From the NCBI GenBank assembly GCA_964349955.1, contig CAYGIT010000001.1:1-45228 (forward strand): DNA of 45,228 bases, written 5' to 3'. Below the pieces are notes generated by a model. That model saw nothing but the letters and a program-made list of their open reading frames with translations. It did not search any database and was not told the origin of the DNA. Positions within the stretch are counted from its first letter, which is position 1; each line of letters opens with the position of its first letter. Of this stretch, positions 1 through 10,034 are shown piece after piece. Both the position numbers and the translations under genes were made by a program. This DNA comes from an uncultured bacterium. Its GTDB lineage: Bacteria; Omnitrophota; Omnitrophia; Omnitrophales; Aquincolibacteriaceae.

Positions 1-378
1 GTCCTGGATATCCTTGAGGCGGCAGATTGTTTTATTGATCAGGTATTCGCTTTCGCCGGAGCGGTAGAGGCGGCGCGTGAGGGTGACTTCCTGGTAATCA
101 ATGGGCAGGCCGCGATCGGCATTATCGATCGTGAGTGAAACTTCGGCGAGGCCGATTTGTTTTCTTAAATCGGTCCCGTTGAAAATAACGTCTTCCATTT
201 TGGAACCGCGAAGAAGTTTTGCGCTTCTTTCGCCGAGGACCCAGCGGATGGAATCCGAAATATTGCTTTTGCCGCAGCCGTTGGGACCGACCACGCAAGT
301 GACGCCTTCATCGAAAAAAATTTCTGTTTTGTCGGCAAAAGATTTGAAGCCGAAAAGATCGAGTTTCTTAAGGCGCAT
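1..378 (-). CDS. smc: Chromosome segregation ATPase SMC, N-terminal fragment (runs off the window start)
   Basis: Own translation of the minus strand from ATG 378-376: [69 protein letters not shown]... This is the SMC head with Walker [10 protein letters not shown]. It is absent from the ORF track, which lists no ORF here. Confidence 0.85.
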   Translation of the reverse strand, partial: MRLKKLDLFGFKSFADKTEIFFDEGVTCVVGPNGCGKSNISDSIRWVLGERSAKLLRGSKMEDVIFNGTDLRKQIGLAEVSLTIDNADRGLPIDYQEVTLTRRLYRSGESEYLINKTICRLKDIQD

Positions 379-446
379 CACACAATAATAAACGTTTCGG
401 GACAGTTATGGAACTGAAATTTTTTGCGGGATTTTTTTTGCGGCGG

Positions 447-1694
447 TTATTCTTCAAAGGCCTTGAAGACGATGCAGGCATTGTGGCCGCCAAAGCCCAG
501 GGAATTTGAAAAAGCGACCTTGATTTTATGGCTCTGGGCCTCATTGGGGACATAATCCAGGTCGCAATCCGGGTCCGGATGTTTGTAATTGATCGTCGGA
601 GGAATCATATTGTCGCGAATGGACAAAGCACAGACAATGGCTTCCACTCCGCCGGCCGCTCCAAGCAAATGGCCGGTCATCGATTTTGTGGAACTGATTT
701 TGACTTTGCGGGCGATGGGTTCTCCCAAAGCCTTCTTGATCGCGATCGTTTCCACTTTATCATTGAGCGGGGTGGCAGTGCCGTGCGCATTGATATAATC
801 CACCTGCTCCGGCTTGATTTGGGCATCTTTCAGGGCATTGACCATGCAGCGGGCTGCCCCTTCGCCACTCGGATCGGGTGCTGTGATGTGGCTGGCATCT
901 GAAGTCATGCCATAGCCGACCATTTCACAAAGAATATTGGCCCCCCGCTTCAGGGCATGCTCCAGAGCTTCGAGAACGACAATGCCGCAGCCTTCGCCCA
1001 TCACAAACCCGCTGCGGGTTTTGTCAAAAGGACGAGATGCTGTTTCAGGCTCTTTATTATGGGTGCTTAGCGCTTTCATGGCATCAAAGCCGCCGAAACC
1101 AAGAGGAGTAATGCAGGATTCCGTTCCGCCGGCAAACATGACATCGGCTTCCCCTCTTTGAATGAGTTTAAAAGCATCTCCGATGGCATTGGCTCCGGTG
1201 GCGCAAGCGGTGGCAACGCAATTACTCGGGCCTTTGATTCCCAAAGAAATGGCAATTTGTCCGGGCGCCATATTGACGATGAGCATCGGAATAAGGAAGG
1301 GGGAAACACGGTCCGGGCCTTTTTCGAGTAAAACTTTATGCTGTTCTTCGATGACGCGCAGCCCGCCGATTCCCGAACCGACCAAAACACCGACCCGGTG
1401 GGGATCTTCGTTTTTGACCTCCATTTTTGCGTCCTTCATTGCCATGCTGGCGCAGGCAACCGCAAAATGGACAAAGCGGTCCGATTTTCGGATTTCCTTG
1501 GGCTTGAAATAAGGGGCGGGATCGAAATTCTTGACTTCGGCGGATACCTTCGAATTAAAAGGCGCACTTTCGACCTGAGTCAAGGGTCCGGTGCCACTTT
1601 TTCCTTTGAGAAACCCTTGCCAGGTTTCTTCAGCGGTGTTGGCCACCGGAGTGATCATGCCAACACCTGTAATCACTACGCGGCGGGAATTCAC
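447..1694 (-). CDS. fabF: 3-oxoacyl-ACP synthase II (KAS II)
   Basis: 415-aa ORF with RRVVITGVGMITPV N-terminus, active-site CATACATGANAIG, and HGTATPLND / SLGFGGHNA motifs. Sits directly after acpP. Confidence 0.95.
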   Translation of the reverse strand: MNSRRVVITGVGMITPVANTAEETWQGFLKGKSGTGPLTQVESAPFNSKVSAEVKNFDPAPYFKPKEIRKSDRFVHFAVACASMAMKDAKMEVKNEDPHRVGVLVGSGIGGLRVIEEQHKVLLEKGPDRVSPFLIPMLIVNMAPGQIAISLGIKGPSNCVATACATGANAIGDAFKLIQRGEADVMFAGGTESCITPLGFGGFDAMKALSTHNKEPETASRPFDKTRSGFVMGEGCGIVVLEALEHALKRGANILCEMVGYGMTSDASHITAPDPSGEGAARCMVNALKDAQIKPEQVDYINAHGTATPLNDKVETIAIKKALGEPIARKVKISSTKSMTGHLLGAAGGVEAIVCALSIRDNMIPPTINYKHPDPDCDLDYVPNEAQSHKIKVAFSNSLGFGGHNACIVFKAFEE

Positions 1695-1740
1695 AGATAA
1701 AGTTTAAATCGGCAACAACGCGTGAGAGAACCGCGAACGA

Positions 1741-1980
1741 TTATTTCGCACCTGCTTTTTCTTCGATGTAGCGGATGGCGTCCCCGACGGTCTGAATTTT
1801 TTCAGCGTCTTCATCAGGAATTTCAACGCCGAATTCTTCTTCGAGTGCCATGACGAGTTCGACGGTATCCAGAGAATCTGCCCCGAGATCATCCACAAAA
1901 GAGGCTTCGGGAACAACCTCTTCGGGTTTCACGCCGAGCTGTTCTACGATGATTTCGGTAATTTTATCCTGAACTGCCAT
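1741..1980 (-). CDS. acpP: Acyl carrier protein
   Basis: 79 aa with the [19 protein letters not shown] phosphopantetheine-attachment motif. AGGAGG Shine-Dalgarno upstream. Confidence 0.97.
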   Translation of the reverse strand: MAVQDKITEIIVEQLGVKPEEVVPEASFVDDLGADSLDTVELVMALEEEFGVEIPDEDAEKIQTVGDAIRYIEEKAGAK

Positions 1981-2013
1981 TGAATCCTCCTGGTTAGAAA
2001 TGCTTGATGATCA

Positions 2014-2805
2014 TTAAATCACAAGACCGCCGTCCACTACAAGAACCTGCCCCGTCATGTACCTCGAGGCGTCCGACGCTAAAAAAACTGCAACTTCCGC
2101 GATTTCCTGCGGTTCCCCCATCCGTCCCAGGGGAATTTGTTCACCTATTTTTTGCTGAAGATCCGGAGGCAACTTCCCGGTCATCCGGGTTTTAATGAAC
2201 CCGGGCGCGATGGCATTGACCCGAATATTGCGTTTCGCCAACTCTTTGGCGGCGGATTTTGTAAAAGCAATCATCCCCGCTTTTGACGCCGCGTAATTGG
2301 CTTGCCCGGCATTTCCCGTGATTCCGACAACGGAAGAAAGATTAATAATATTTCCGGATCGTTGGCGAATCATAGGCCGGGTACAGGCTTTTGTAAATAA
2401 AAAAACGCTTTTTAAATTGGTAGAAAGAACATCATCCCAGTCTTTTTCGGGCATGAGTGCCAGCAAATTATCACGAGTCGTGCCGGCATTGTTGACAAGT
2501 ATATCGACCTTTCCATACGTGTCAAGCGCTTTTTTGACAACTTCACTCACTTCATCTCCAACGATGACATTGGCTTGCGTCAAAATGTAAGAATCGTTCC
2601 TGGAGGCCTTCAAAAGGGTTTCCGTTTCCTTTAAATTTTCAAGCGAAGTGGCGGACAAAACCACCTTGGCCCCGTTTTGCGCGAATTTCAGGGCAATGGC
2701 CTGCCCGATTCCACGGCTGGCGCCGGTAACGATGGCGACTTTGCCTTCAAGGAGCGAAGTTTGGGGATTTAAAATTTGATTTTCAGGATGAGCGGTCGAG
2801 GTCAT
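2014..2805 (-). CDS. fabG: 3-oxoacyl-ACP reductase (SDR)
   Basis: 263 aa with TGASRGIGQAIA cofactor motif, NNAG, and the YAASKAG catalytic motif. ATGA overlap with the fabD stop. Confidence 0.93.
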   Translation of the reverse strand: MTSTAHPENQILNPQTSLLEGKVAIVTGASRGIGQAIALKFAQNGAKVVLSATSLENLKETETLLKASRNDSYILTQANVIVGDEVSEVVKKALDTYGKVDILVNNAGTTRDNLLALMPEKDWDDVLSTNLKSVFLFTKACTRPMIRQRSGNIINLSSVVGITGNAGQANYAASKAGMIAFTKSAAKELAKRNIRVNAIAPGFIKTRMTGKLPPDLQQKIGEQIPLGRMGEPQEIAEVAVFLASDASRYMTGQVLVVDGGLVI

Positions 2806-3746
2806 GGGTTTACCTTTGCTAGGAAAGATTCCAGTTTGTGAATGTCTTCGGTGCTGCCGCAGGATTCAACGGCCAGACCCGGCTGGCATTTGCGGGCGAG
2901 ACCTTTCAAGACTTTGCCAGGGCCGATTTCCAAAAAGGAAACGATTCCGGAAGCGGCCGCCACCGCCATGGTTTCCACCCATCGCACGGGGCTGACCAAC
3001 TGGCGGGCAAGAAGGCCGCGAATTTCTTCCGGGTTTGAAACCGGAACGGCCACCGCGTTCGGAATGAAAATGCCCTGGGGAGGATTGATCTTTATGGCTT
3101 TGAGAGCATTTTCAAGATCCGCTTTTGCCGGCATCATGAGGGAGGAGTGAAAAGCGCCACCGACTTTTAAAGGAATGGCACGTTTGGCGCCTGCGGCTTC
3201 CGCAAGCTGGCAGGCCCGCTGGATGGAATCATTCGAGCCGGACAGAACGGTTTGATCGGGGCTGTTGAGATTCGCCACATCGCAACCGGCTTCCCGGGCA
3301 ATGGATTCACAAGCCTCGCGCGGCAGCCCTATAAGGGAAGCCATGGTTCCTGCATTTTTTTGAGCGGCCTGCTCCATCGCTTCGGCGCGCTTTTGGACCA
3401 GCCGCAGCCCGTCTTCAAATGAAATGGATTTCAAGGCTGCAAGGGCGCTGAACTCTCCCAGCGAAAGCCCTGCGGCAAATGCGGGTTGAATTTCAGGAAA
3501 TTTTTCGTTAAGGACCGCATGCGCGGCAAGGCTGGCGGTAAACAAGGCCGGCTGGGCATAAAATGTCCGGGTGAGTTTTTCTTCCGGGCCCTGGAAACAA
3601 GCGTCGCGGACGGAGAATCCGAGAATGGAATCGGCCTGGTCAAAAATATGGCGGGCTGCCGGAAAGGAATCGTAAAGATCCCTGCCCATGCCGGCAAACT
3701 GCGCGCCCTGGCCTGGAAATAAAAATCCGATTTTTCCGGCTACCAT
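2802..3746 (-). CDS. fabD: Malonyl-CoA:ACP transacylase
   Basis: FLFPGQGAQ and GLSLGEFSALA motifs. The ORF is open to 3767. The ATG at 3746 (MVAGKIGFLFPGQGAQ) gives a typical N-terminus and a 7-nt overlap with the fabH stop. Confidence 0.92.
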   Translation of the reverse strand: MVAGKIGFLFPGQGAQFAGMGRDLYDSFPAARHIFDQADSILGFSVRDACFQGPEEKLTRTFYAQPALFTASLAAHAVLNEKFPEIQPAFAAGLSLGEFSALAALKSISFEDGLRLVQKRAEAMEQAAQKNAGTMASLIGLPREACESIAREAGCDVANLNSPDQTVLSGSNDSIQRACQLAEAAGAKRAIPLKVGGAFHSSLMMPAKADLENALKAIKINPPQGIFIPNAVAVPVSNPEEIRGLLARQLVSPVRWVETMAVAAASGIVSFLEIGPGKVLKGLARKCQPGLAVESCGSTEDIHKLESFLAKVNP

Positions 3747-4726
3747 TGGATTAAAGTCGAAGCCCAAGTCAGTCCCCCGCCGAAAGCAACAAGCACGACG
3801 GTGTCATTCTTTTTTATTTTTCCTGTTTTTACGGCTTCATAAAGCGCGACGGCGGTGGAAGCGCTCGACATATTTCCGTATTTTTCGACGTTGATAAAAA
3901 TTTTTTCAAGCGGCATTTCAAGGCGTTCCGCAACGGCTTGAAGGATGCGCATATTAGCCTGGTGCGGAATCAGGCAGTCAATATCCGAAATTTGAAGGCC
4001 GGCGTTTTGCACGACTTCCCGGACCGCCATATCCATAGTGCGCACCGCCACTTTAAAAACCTCGGAGCCTTGCATTTTGAGCGTATGCAATTTGGCACTG
4101 ACGGTTTCCAGCGTGGGCGGATGAGCCGAGCCGCCGCCGGGAATTTGCAGGAGTTCACCCTGCGAACCGTCGGCGCCGATCACGTTTGAAATAATCCCGT
4201 GTCCATCGGTTGACCGGGACAGAACAGCTGCGCCCGCGCCGTCTCCGAAAAGAACGCAGGTGGAGCGGTCGGTCCAATCGATGAACCCGGAAAGGACTTC
4301 GGTGCCGACGACGAGAACATTTTTATAAGTACCCGATTTAATAAAGCTGTCGGCCACAGCGACCGCATAGGGAAAACCCGCACATGCCGCGGCCAAATCG
4401 AAGGCCCCGCATTTGGCGCCTATTTTGTCCTGGATGCGGCAAGCGGTGGAGGGAAAAAACATATCCGGCGTGATGGTGGCGACAATGATGAGATCGAGCT
4501 CTTCGGGAGCCAGGCCCGCATTCGTGAGAGCCTCAAGCGCCGCGGGAATTCCAAGATCGCTGGCACTTTGATTTTTTTCGGCAATGCGGCGGGTCTGAAT
4601 GCCGGTGCGGCTCTGAATCCACTCGTCAGTGGTGTCGACCATTTTTTCAAGATCGGAATTGGTCAACACTTTTACGGGGACATAAGCCCCCAGTCCGCTT
4701 ACCTTTGTTTTAAACAGAGGATTCAC
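3740..4726 (-). CDS. fabH: 3-oxoacyl-ACP synthase III (KAS III)
   Basis: 328 aa with AACAGF active-site Cys, HQANMRI, and GGGLTWAS C-terminal motifs. Confidence 0.95.
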   Translation of the reverse strand: MNPLFKTKVSGLGAYVPVKVLTNSDLEKMVDTTDEWIQSRTGIQTRRIAEKNQSASDLGIPAALEALTNAGLAPEELDLIIVATITPDMFFPSTACRIQDKIGAKCGAFDLAAACAGFPYAVAVADSFIKSGTYKNVLVVGTEVLSGFIDWTDRSTCVLFGDGAGAAVLSRSTDGHGIISNVIGADGSQGELLQIPGGGSAHPPTLETVSAKLHTLKMQGSEVFKVAVRTMDMAVREVVQNAGLQISDIDCLIPHQANMRILQAVAERLEMPLEKIFINVEKYGNMSSASTAVALYEAVKTGKIKKNDTVVLVAFGGGLTWASTLIQW

Positions 4727-5756
4727 GAACGTTTTCTCTCGACCGGGATTGAGAGGCGCTTAAATTAGCGGTCACGCTTTCCACGATCAAGTCATTGACC
4801 TTGGTGGCCACGATGTCACTGGCCACGCGGATGGCATTGCGAATGGCGCGCGCCGATGAAATTCCATGGCTGATAATCACGGTCCCATTGACGCCCAAAA
4901 GCGGCGCCCCGCCGGCTTCTTCATAATTGGTTTCTTTACGGATGGCGGTCATGGCCGGCATGCAAAGCCATGCGCCAAGCATGCTGATGGGATTTTTTTT
5001 CAGTTCCCGCGAAAAAATGGCCACCGCGGTTTCCAGAACACTTTCGCACATTTTAAGAACAACGTTTCCCACAAATCCGTCGCAGATGATGCAATCCACT
5101 TTTCCCGTAAAAAAATCGCGGCCTTCAATGTTGCCGACAAAATTCAGCGAGGAATCGCGCAAAAGCTTGTACGCTTCCTTCAACACCTCGGTGCCTTTAC
5201 ATTCTTCTTCGCCGATATTCAAAAGCGCGACGGAAGGGCGTTTTTTCTTGAAAATACAGCGGGCATACACTTCGGCCATAAAAGCATACTGCAAAAGTTC
5301 TTCCGCCGAAGGATTCAAATTGGCCCCGACGTCCATGGCCACAGAAATTCCGTGCAAAGTGGGGGCGCCAATGGCAATTCCGGGCCGTTTGATGCCGGGA
5401 AGAAGCCCTAAATGAAGCATGCTCGCGGCGACCGCAGCGCCGGTATTGCCTGCCGTCATGACGGCATCCACCTGCCTGGTTTTGAGCAGGCCGATACATA
5501 CTGCAATCGAGGAATCTTTTTTCTTCTTGAGCGCTGAAACCGGCGAGTCCCCCATTCCGACAATTTCTGAAGCGGGGTGAATGACGATTTTTCCGCCGAG
5601 GACTTTATGGCGGTTCAGCTCGCTTTTCAGCGGCTCCGGCTGGCCGACGAGCACGATTTCCAGATTTGAAAAATCATTGGCGGCCTGCACCGCGCCCTCT
5701 ACGACCACCTGCGGGCCATAATCGCCCCCCATGCCATCGACGGCGATGCGGATCAT
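4710..5756 (-). CDS. plsX: Phosphate acyltransferase PlsX
   Basis: MIRIAVDGMGGDYGP N-terminus. The ATG at 5756 forms an ATGA overlap with the rpmF stop. The 37 codons further upstream in the track ORF overlap rpmF and are not PlsX-like. Confidence 0.93.
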   Translation of the reverse strand: MIRIAVDGMGGDYGPQVVVEGAVQAANDFSNLEIVLVGQPEPLKSELNRHKVLGGKIVIHPASEIVGMGDSPVSALKKKKDSSIAVCIGLLKTRQVDAVMTAGNTGAAVAASMLHLGLLPGIKRPGIAIGAPTLHGISVAMDVGANLNPSAEELLQYAFMAEVYARCIFKKKRPSVALLNIGEEECKGTEVLKEAYKLLRDSSLNFVGNIEGRDFFTGKVDCIICDGFVGNVVLKMCESVLETAVAIFSRELKKNPISMLGAWLCMPAMTAIRKETNYEEAGGAPLLGVNGTVIISHGISSARAIRNAIRVASDIVATKVNDLIVESVTANLSASQSRSRENVRESSV

Positions 5757-5953
5757 TTCTTTTTCTTCTTTTCTTTGACTTTTACGGTGATGACTTGTTT
5801 GCCGCGGTATTGGCCGCAGGAAGGGCAAACCCGGTGCGGAAGCTGGGCGGCGCCGCAGCTTGGGCATTTCGAGACGGACTGGATTTTGAGGAAGTCATGG
5901 GCACGCCTTAAACGCGTGCGGGTATTGGAATGACGCCTCTTTGGATTAGGCAT
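5753..5953 (-). CDS. rpmF: 50S ribosomal protein L32
   Basis: MPNPKRRHSNTRTRLRRAHD... with a CxxC...CxxC zinc ribbon. The internal ATG at 5953 was chosen over the longer track ORF. Confidence 0.93.
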   Translation of the reverse strand: MPNPKRRHSNTRTRLRRAHDFLKIQSVSKCPSCGAAQLPHRVCPSCGQYRGKQVITVKVKEKKKKK

Positions 5954-6446
5954 TGTTTTTTTTCTCCTGTTTTTTTTCCCAGAGTTGTTTGAGCTGCACG
6001 AAAGCACCTCGTGCGGGCACCGGCTTTGGGGCGCACCGGCAATTCCCTTCATTCAGGTTGATGCCGCATTGAGGGCACAACCCTTTGCAATTTTCCTGGC
6101 AAACAAAGATGATCGGGTGTTCTAAAATCAAAACTTCCCGGAGATCATCGGTGGTATCCACGAATTCTTTACCCTGAATTTCATAATAAAGCTCGAAAGG
6201 CTGTTCAAGGGTAGTGGGGATATGTTTCAGGCAACGGCCGCAAATGCGCTCGATTTCGCTGGTGAGCTGGCCTCGAAAGACAAGCGTATCCGCCCCTTTT
6301 TCGACGGTACCTTCCATGGAAAGCGGTTTGGAGTACTTCAGGTCCACAAACTCGAGGTCCAATTCCCTGGGATCGTAATCCTTTTGGACAAAAACCTCGA
6401 CGCCTTCATTATAATCCATCAGACGAAGATTCATTTCAATCATCAC
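5946..6446 (-). CDS. yceD: YceD/DUF177 family protein (23S rRNA accumulation protein)
   Basis: 166 aa with CGRCL...CQENCKGLCPQCGINLNEGNCRC Cys motifs. Conserved position directly upstream of rpmF. Confidence 0.85.
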   Translation of the reverse strand: MMIEMNLRLMDYNEGVEVFVQKDYDPRELDLEFVDLKYSKPLSMEGTVEKGADTLVFRGQLTSEIERICGRCLKHIPTTLEQPFELYYEIQGKEFVDTTDDLREVLILEHPIIFVCQENCKGLCPQCGINLNEGNCRCAPKPVPARGAFVQLKQLWEKKQEKKNNA

Positions 6447-6937
6447 AAATTTAATTTTTCCTGCAGTTTCTTTGCCACAAAATCGGGAACATATTCCGAA
6501 ACATCCCCCCGAAAGGCTGCAATTTCCTTGATCAGGCGGGAGGACAGAAAAAAATGATGTTCCGAAGGCATGAGAAAAACGGTTTCAACCTGTTTGGAAA
6601 TCTTGCGGTTGGTCAGGGCCATTTGAAACTCGTAATCAAAATCGGATGTGGCCCGGAGGCCCCGGATGATGGTACGCGCTTTGGACTGCACCGCGTATTG
6701 AACGGTGAGCCCGTCAAGCGCTTCGACCCGAACCCCCTTCAGGGAGCGGACGGCACGGCTCATAAAATCCACCCGCTCTTCCAGGGTAAAAAGAGGCTGC
6801 TTCTCGGTATTGACCGCCACCCCGACGATAATTTCGTCAAAGATCGAAAGTGCGCGCTTGATCAAATCGAGATGACCGATTGTGACCGGATCAAAGCTCC
6901 CCGGATATATAGCTCTTCGTTTCTCCATGATTGGCAT
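6443..6937 (-). CDS. coaD: Phosphopantetheine adenylyltransferase
   Basis: AIYPGSFDPVTIGHLDLIKRA nucleotidyltransferase motif, 164 aa. The start could instead be the ATG at 6928. Confidence 0.93.
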   Translation of the reverse strand: MPIMEKRRAIYPGSFDPVTIGHLDLIKRALSIFDEIIVGVAVNTEKQPLFTLEERVDFMSRAVRSLKGVRVEALDGLTVQYAVQSKARTIIRGLRATSDFDYEFQMALTNRKISKQVETVFLMPSEHHFFLSSRLIKEIAAFRGDVSEYVPDFVAKKLQEKLNL

Positions 6938-7487
6938 CGAGTCGGAACAAAAAAGAAAGGCAAGCCTGCCCGATTTTCTTGGTTCGCGCCAGTTTTAGCG
7001 TCGGAAGTGACTCGGGCAATTCTTCTTGCCTTGTATGACCCACTACAACTTGTCCAAACGGCAGGACTATACCAGATTGGTCCAGCTTGATCAATGTCTT
7101 TTTGACCCATCCTTGATCAAAAGGAGGATCAATGAATACAAGTGAAAACAAAGCCCCTTTTTTACGCAATTTATCGATCGTCAACAAGACATCCGCCTGC
7201 ATGCAAGTGGCTTTTCGCGCGAGCTCAAGGGCGGCTATATTTTCCTGAATGGTTTTAATTGCCATCGGCGATTTATCGACAAAAACGGCATCGAGGGACC
7301 CGCGGCTCAAGGCTTCAAGCCCCAGGCTCCCCGACCCGGCATAAAGGTCCAAAACGTGCTTGCCGATCACAAGGCCGCCCAAAATATTGAAAACGGTTTC
7401 TTTGGAGCGGTCCGTCATGGGACGCGTCAGGCGTGTTTTAGGAAATTTCAATTTTCGCGACTTCAATTCACCGCTAATAATTCTCAT
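6891..7487 (-). CDS. rsmD: 16S rRNA (guanine966-N2)-methyltransferase
   Basis: RIISGELKSRKLKFP...RPMTDRSKETVFNIL, LDLYAGSGSLGLEALSRG SAM motif, and IDPPF motif. Classic rsmD-coaD pairing. Confidence 0.9.
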   Translation of the reverse strand: MRIISGELKSRKLKFPKTRLTRPMTDRSKETVFNILGGLVIGKHVLDLYAGSGSLGLEALSRGSLDAVFVDKSPMAIKTIQENIAALELARKATCMQADVLLTIDKLRKKGALFSLVFIDPPFDQGWVKKTLIKLDQSGIVLPFGQVVVGHTRQEELPESLPTLKLARTKKIGQACLSFLFRLDANHGETKSYISGEL

Positions 7488-7510
7488 ACCGCTCCTTTAA
7501 CTTCTTCTTT

Positions 7511-9598
7511 TTAATACCGCAGACGAAATTCTTCAAGGTTTTTTTTAAGGCCGTCCCATTCCGGAGAATTTTGGAGCGCCTGGCTTCTCAAAAGTTCCAG
7601 GGCCTCTTGCCTCGCCTCTATCAGGATACTTTGGTCCAAAACCGGGTGAGCCAGCCGGAAAAGAGGCTCCCCGCTTTGGCGGGTCCCCCAGCAATCACCG
7701 GGCCCGCGCAGTTTTAAATCTTCTTCCGCGATCTGAAATCCGTCCTGGGTGCGGGTCATGAGTTCCAGGCGGGATTTCGCCTCGTCGGTTTTAGGCGATC
7801 CAAAGAGATAACATTCGGAGGCTTTGTCTCCCCTTCCGATTCTCCCCCGCATCTGGTGAAGCTGCGCCAGCCCGAAATGATCGGCATTTTCAATCACCAT
7901 GATCGTGGCATTGGGATTGTCGACACCGACTTCGATCACCGAGGTCGCCACCAGAACCTGGATTTCTCCGGCCCGGAACGCCTGCATGATGGGTTCGCGC
8001 TCTTCACGGGAGAGACGCCCGTGGACCAGCCCCATTTTGACTTTTGCAAAAACCCCTTTGCGTAATTTCTCGTATTCCTGGGTGGCGGCGAGAAGATCTG
8101 TTTTTTCGGTTTCTTCAACGGCCGGGAAAATGAAATAAACCTGTTCCCCTTTTTCAATCCTGGGCAGCATGGCGGCAAGAATTTTCGCCTGCTCTTTCCG
8201 GGAAGCCCAAAAAGTTTTGACCGGCTGGCGCGACGCGGGACGCTCGCGCATCAGAGAAACATCCAGGTCGGCATAAAGGGTCATGGCCAGCGTTCTCGGA
8301 ATCGGGGTGGCGGTCATGACCAATTGGTGGGGCCGCGGAGTTCTCTGAAAAAGCTGGCAGCGTTGATGGACGCCGAATTTATGCTGTTCGTCGATCACGA
8401 CAAGGGCCAGTGCCGAAAATTGCACGTCTTTTTGGAGAATAGCATGCGTGCCGACCAGAATTTGAATTTTTCCCTGCTTGAGTTCAGCCAGCAAGCGTTC
8501 TCTTTTGGCTGCCGGAGTGCTCGAAGTCAGCATCGCCACTTCCCATCCAAAAGGGGCTAAAATTTTTTGCAGTGTTCGGCCATGCTGTTCAGCCAGGATC
8601 TCGGTCGGCACCAGAATGACCGCCTGCTTTTGATTCTTTGCCGCAAGAAGAAGCCCGAAGGCTGCCACGATCGTTTTACCGGAACCCACGTCTCCTTGCA
8701 GGAGCCGGTTCATGGGAGACTCGCGCGCAAGATCTGACGCCAAATCCTGAAAAGCCTTGTCCTGGCTTTGCGTAGGCGTGAAAGGCAAGGTTTTTCGGAA
8801 ATTTTCAAGGAGCAAAGGCCCGGAAGGCAATGAAAAGCTTTGATGAAACGAGCGCATTTTTTCGATTTTCTGGAGCAAGGCCAGTTCGAAAATGAGAAAT
8901 TCATCAAAGACCAGGCGTTTTCTTGACTGGCCCTGCATTTCAAAGGAAGAAGGAAAATGCATTTCACGAACAGCTTCGTGCAGTCCCATAAGATTGTTCC
9001 GGCTGCGGAAATCTTCCGGAAGAAATTCCCGGACCGAAGTCTCGAGATGATGCTGGAGCGTGTCCCAAAGCGTGGTGCGCAAGGAGCGCTGAAACACGCC
9101 TTCGGTCAGCGGGTAGACCGGAGTGATTCGATTCGTATGGACGGACTCTTCGCTTTCATCCGAAACTTCATAGTCCGGAGAATTGATCTGAAGGCGGTTT
9201 TTATAAAGGTCCACGCGGCCAAAAAAAAGGACTTTTTGACCGATAAAGAAATGAGATTTTAGATAGGGCTGATTGAACCAAATGGCGGTGATGAATCCGG
9301 TATCATCCCCTGCAAGCACTTCGAGCAAAAGAAGGCTACGCATCCGCCGCAACACTACTTTGAGGATTTCGCATTTGACCATCGCCGTTTCGCCGGGCTT
9401 GAGTTCCCGGATTTTGCACAAATGGCTGCGGTCTTCATAGCGTCGGGGAAAAAAATAAAGAAGGTCGCGGATCGAGTGAATGCCTAGTTTTTCGAGGGCA
9501 ACCGCGCGTTTGGGGCCAATTCCCTTGAGATACCGGATCGGAGAAACCGGATTTTGGATTGGCTCCGCCAGCCCTTGATCAGGGCTTTTTAGGTTCAC
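7511..9598 (-). CDS. recG: ATP-dependent DNA helicase RecG
   Basis: 695 aa with an N-terminal wedge region, GDVGSGKT Walker A, VIDEQHKFG, and QLHQMRGRIGRG motifs. GTG start. Confidence 0.95.
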   Translation of the reverse strand: MNLKSPDQGLAEPIQNPVSPIRYLKGIGPKRAVALEKLGIHSIRDLLYFFPRRYEDRSHLCKIRELKPGETAMVKCEILKVVLRRMRSLLLLEVLAGDDTGFITAIWFNQPYLKSHFFIGQKVLFFGRVDLYKNRLQINSPDYEVSDESEESVHTNRITPVYPLTEGVFQRSLRTTLWDTLQHHLETSVREFLPEDFRSRNNLMGLHEAVREMHFPSSFEMQGQSRKRLVFDEFLIFELALLQKIEKMRSFHQSFSLPSGPLLLENFRKTLPFTPTQSQDKAFQDLASDLARESPMNRLLQGDVGSGKTIVAAFGLLLAAKNQKQAVILVPTEILAEQHGRTLQKILAPFGWEVAMLTSSTPAAKRERLLAELKQGKIQILVGTHAILQKDVQFSALALVVIDEQHKFGVHQRCQLFQRTPRPHQLVMTATPIPRTLAMTLYADLDVSLMRERPASRQPVKTFWASRKEQAKILAAMLPRIEKGEQVYFIFPAVEETEKTDLLAATQEYEKLRKGVFAKVKMGLVHGRLSREEREPIMQAFRAGEIQVLVATSVIEVGVDNPNATIMVIENADHFGLAQLHQMRGRIGRGDKASECYLFGSPKTDEAKSRLELMTRTQDGFQIAEEDLKLRGPGDCWGTRQSGEPLFRLAHPVLDQSILIEARQEALELLRSQALQNSPEWDGLKKNLEEFRLRY

Positions 9599-10034
9599 CC
9601 GTGGCCTTCACTGCTGGGCTGGGAGACGCTGCTGGAGATGCCGGAGCTGCTGGCGATTTGGCTGGAGTTGGCGCATTTGTGGAAGCCGTTTCTTTCACAA
9701 GTTTCTTTGCCTCTTCCTGGCTTTTTGCCTTTTCCAAAGCTTTTTTGAGCGTTTCCATATCAATCGGCGCCGGGTGGTGGATGCCTTCCAGAAGGCTCCG
9801 GCTCTTGCGGCTTTCTATAATATCCAGGCCGATGCAGGTGAAAAGAAAACAAATTGCCGCAATCGACGTGGCTTTGGTAAGAAAATCCGCGGCGCGCGTT
9901 CCGAAAAGGGACTGAACATTTCCGCTCGCAAAGGAAGGGCCGGTCAATCCCTGGCCGCGTCCCGCCTGAAGAAGAATTACGAGAATTAAAATCAAACAAA
10001 CAATGACATGAACCGTGATGAGTAAAATGATCAT
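9579..10034 (-). CDS. secG: Preprotein translocase subunit SecG with a long C-terminal low-complexity tail
   Basis: The N-terminal ~75 aa are typical SecG (two TM helices, LLQAGRGQGL...LFGTRAADFLTK). They are followed by ~75 aa of Lys/Glu- then Ala/Pro/Ser-rich sequence. ATGA overlap with the tpiA stop. Confidence 0.85.
   Translation of the reverse strand: MIILLITVHVIVCLILILVILLQAGRGQGLTGPSFASGNVQSLFGTRAADFLTKATSIAAICFLFTCIGLDIIESRKSRSLLEGIHHPAPIDMETLKKALEKAKSQEEAKKLVKETASTNAPTPAKSPAAPASPAASPSPAVKATGEPKKP

Noticed and set aside
101-388. 95-aa plus-strand ORF at the left edge
   Set aside because: It is antisense to the clear SMC N-terminal coding sequence on the minus strand.
379-446. fabF-smc spacer with A/T runs (ccgcaaaaaaaatcccgcaaaaaa) considered as a terminator or small RNA
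   Set aside because: The GC segments are direct rather than inverted repeats, so no stable stem forms. Only the -10-like TATTAT near smc is noted, in the leaderless finding.
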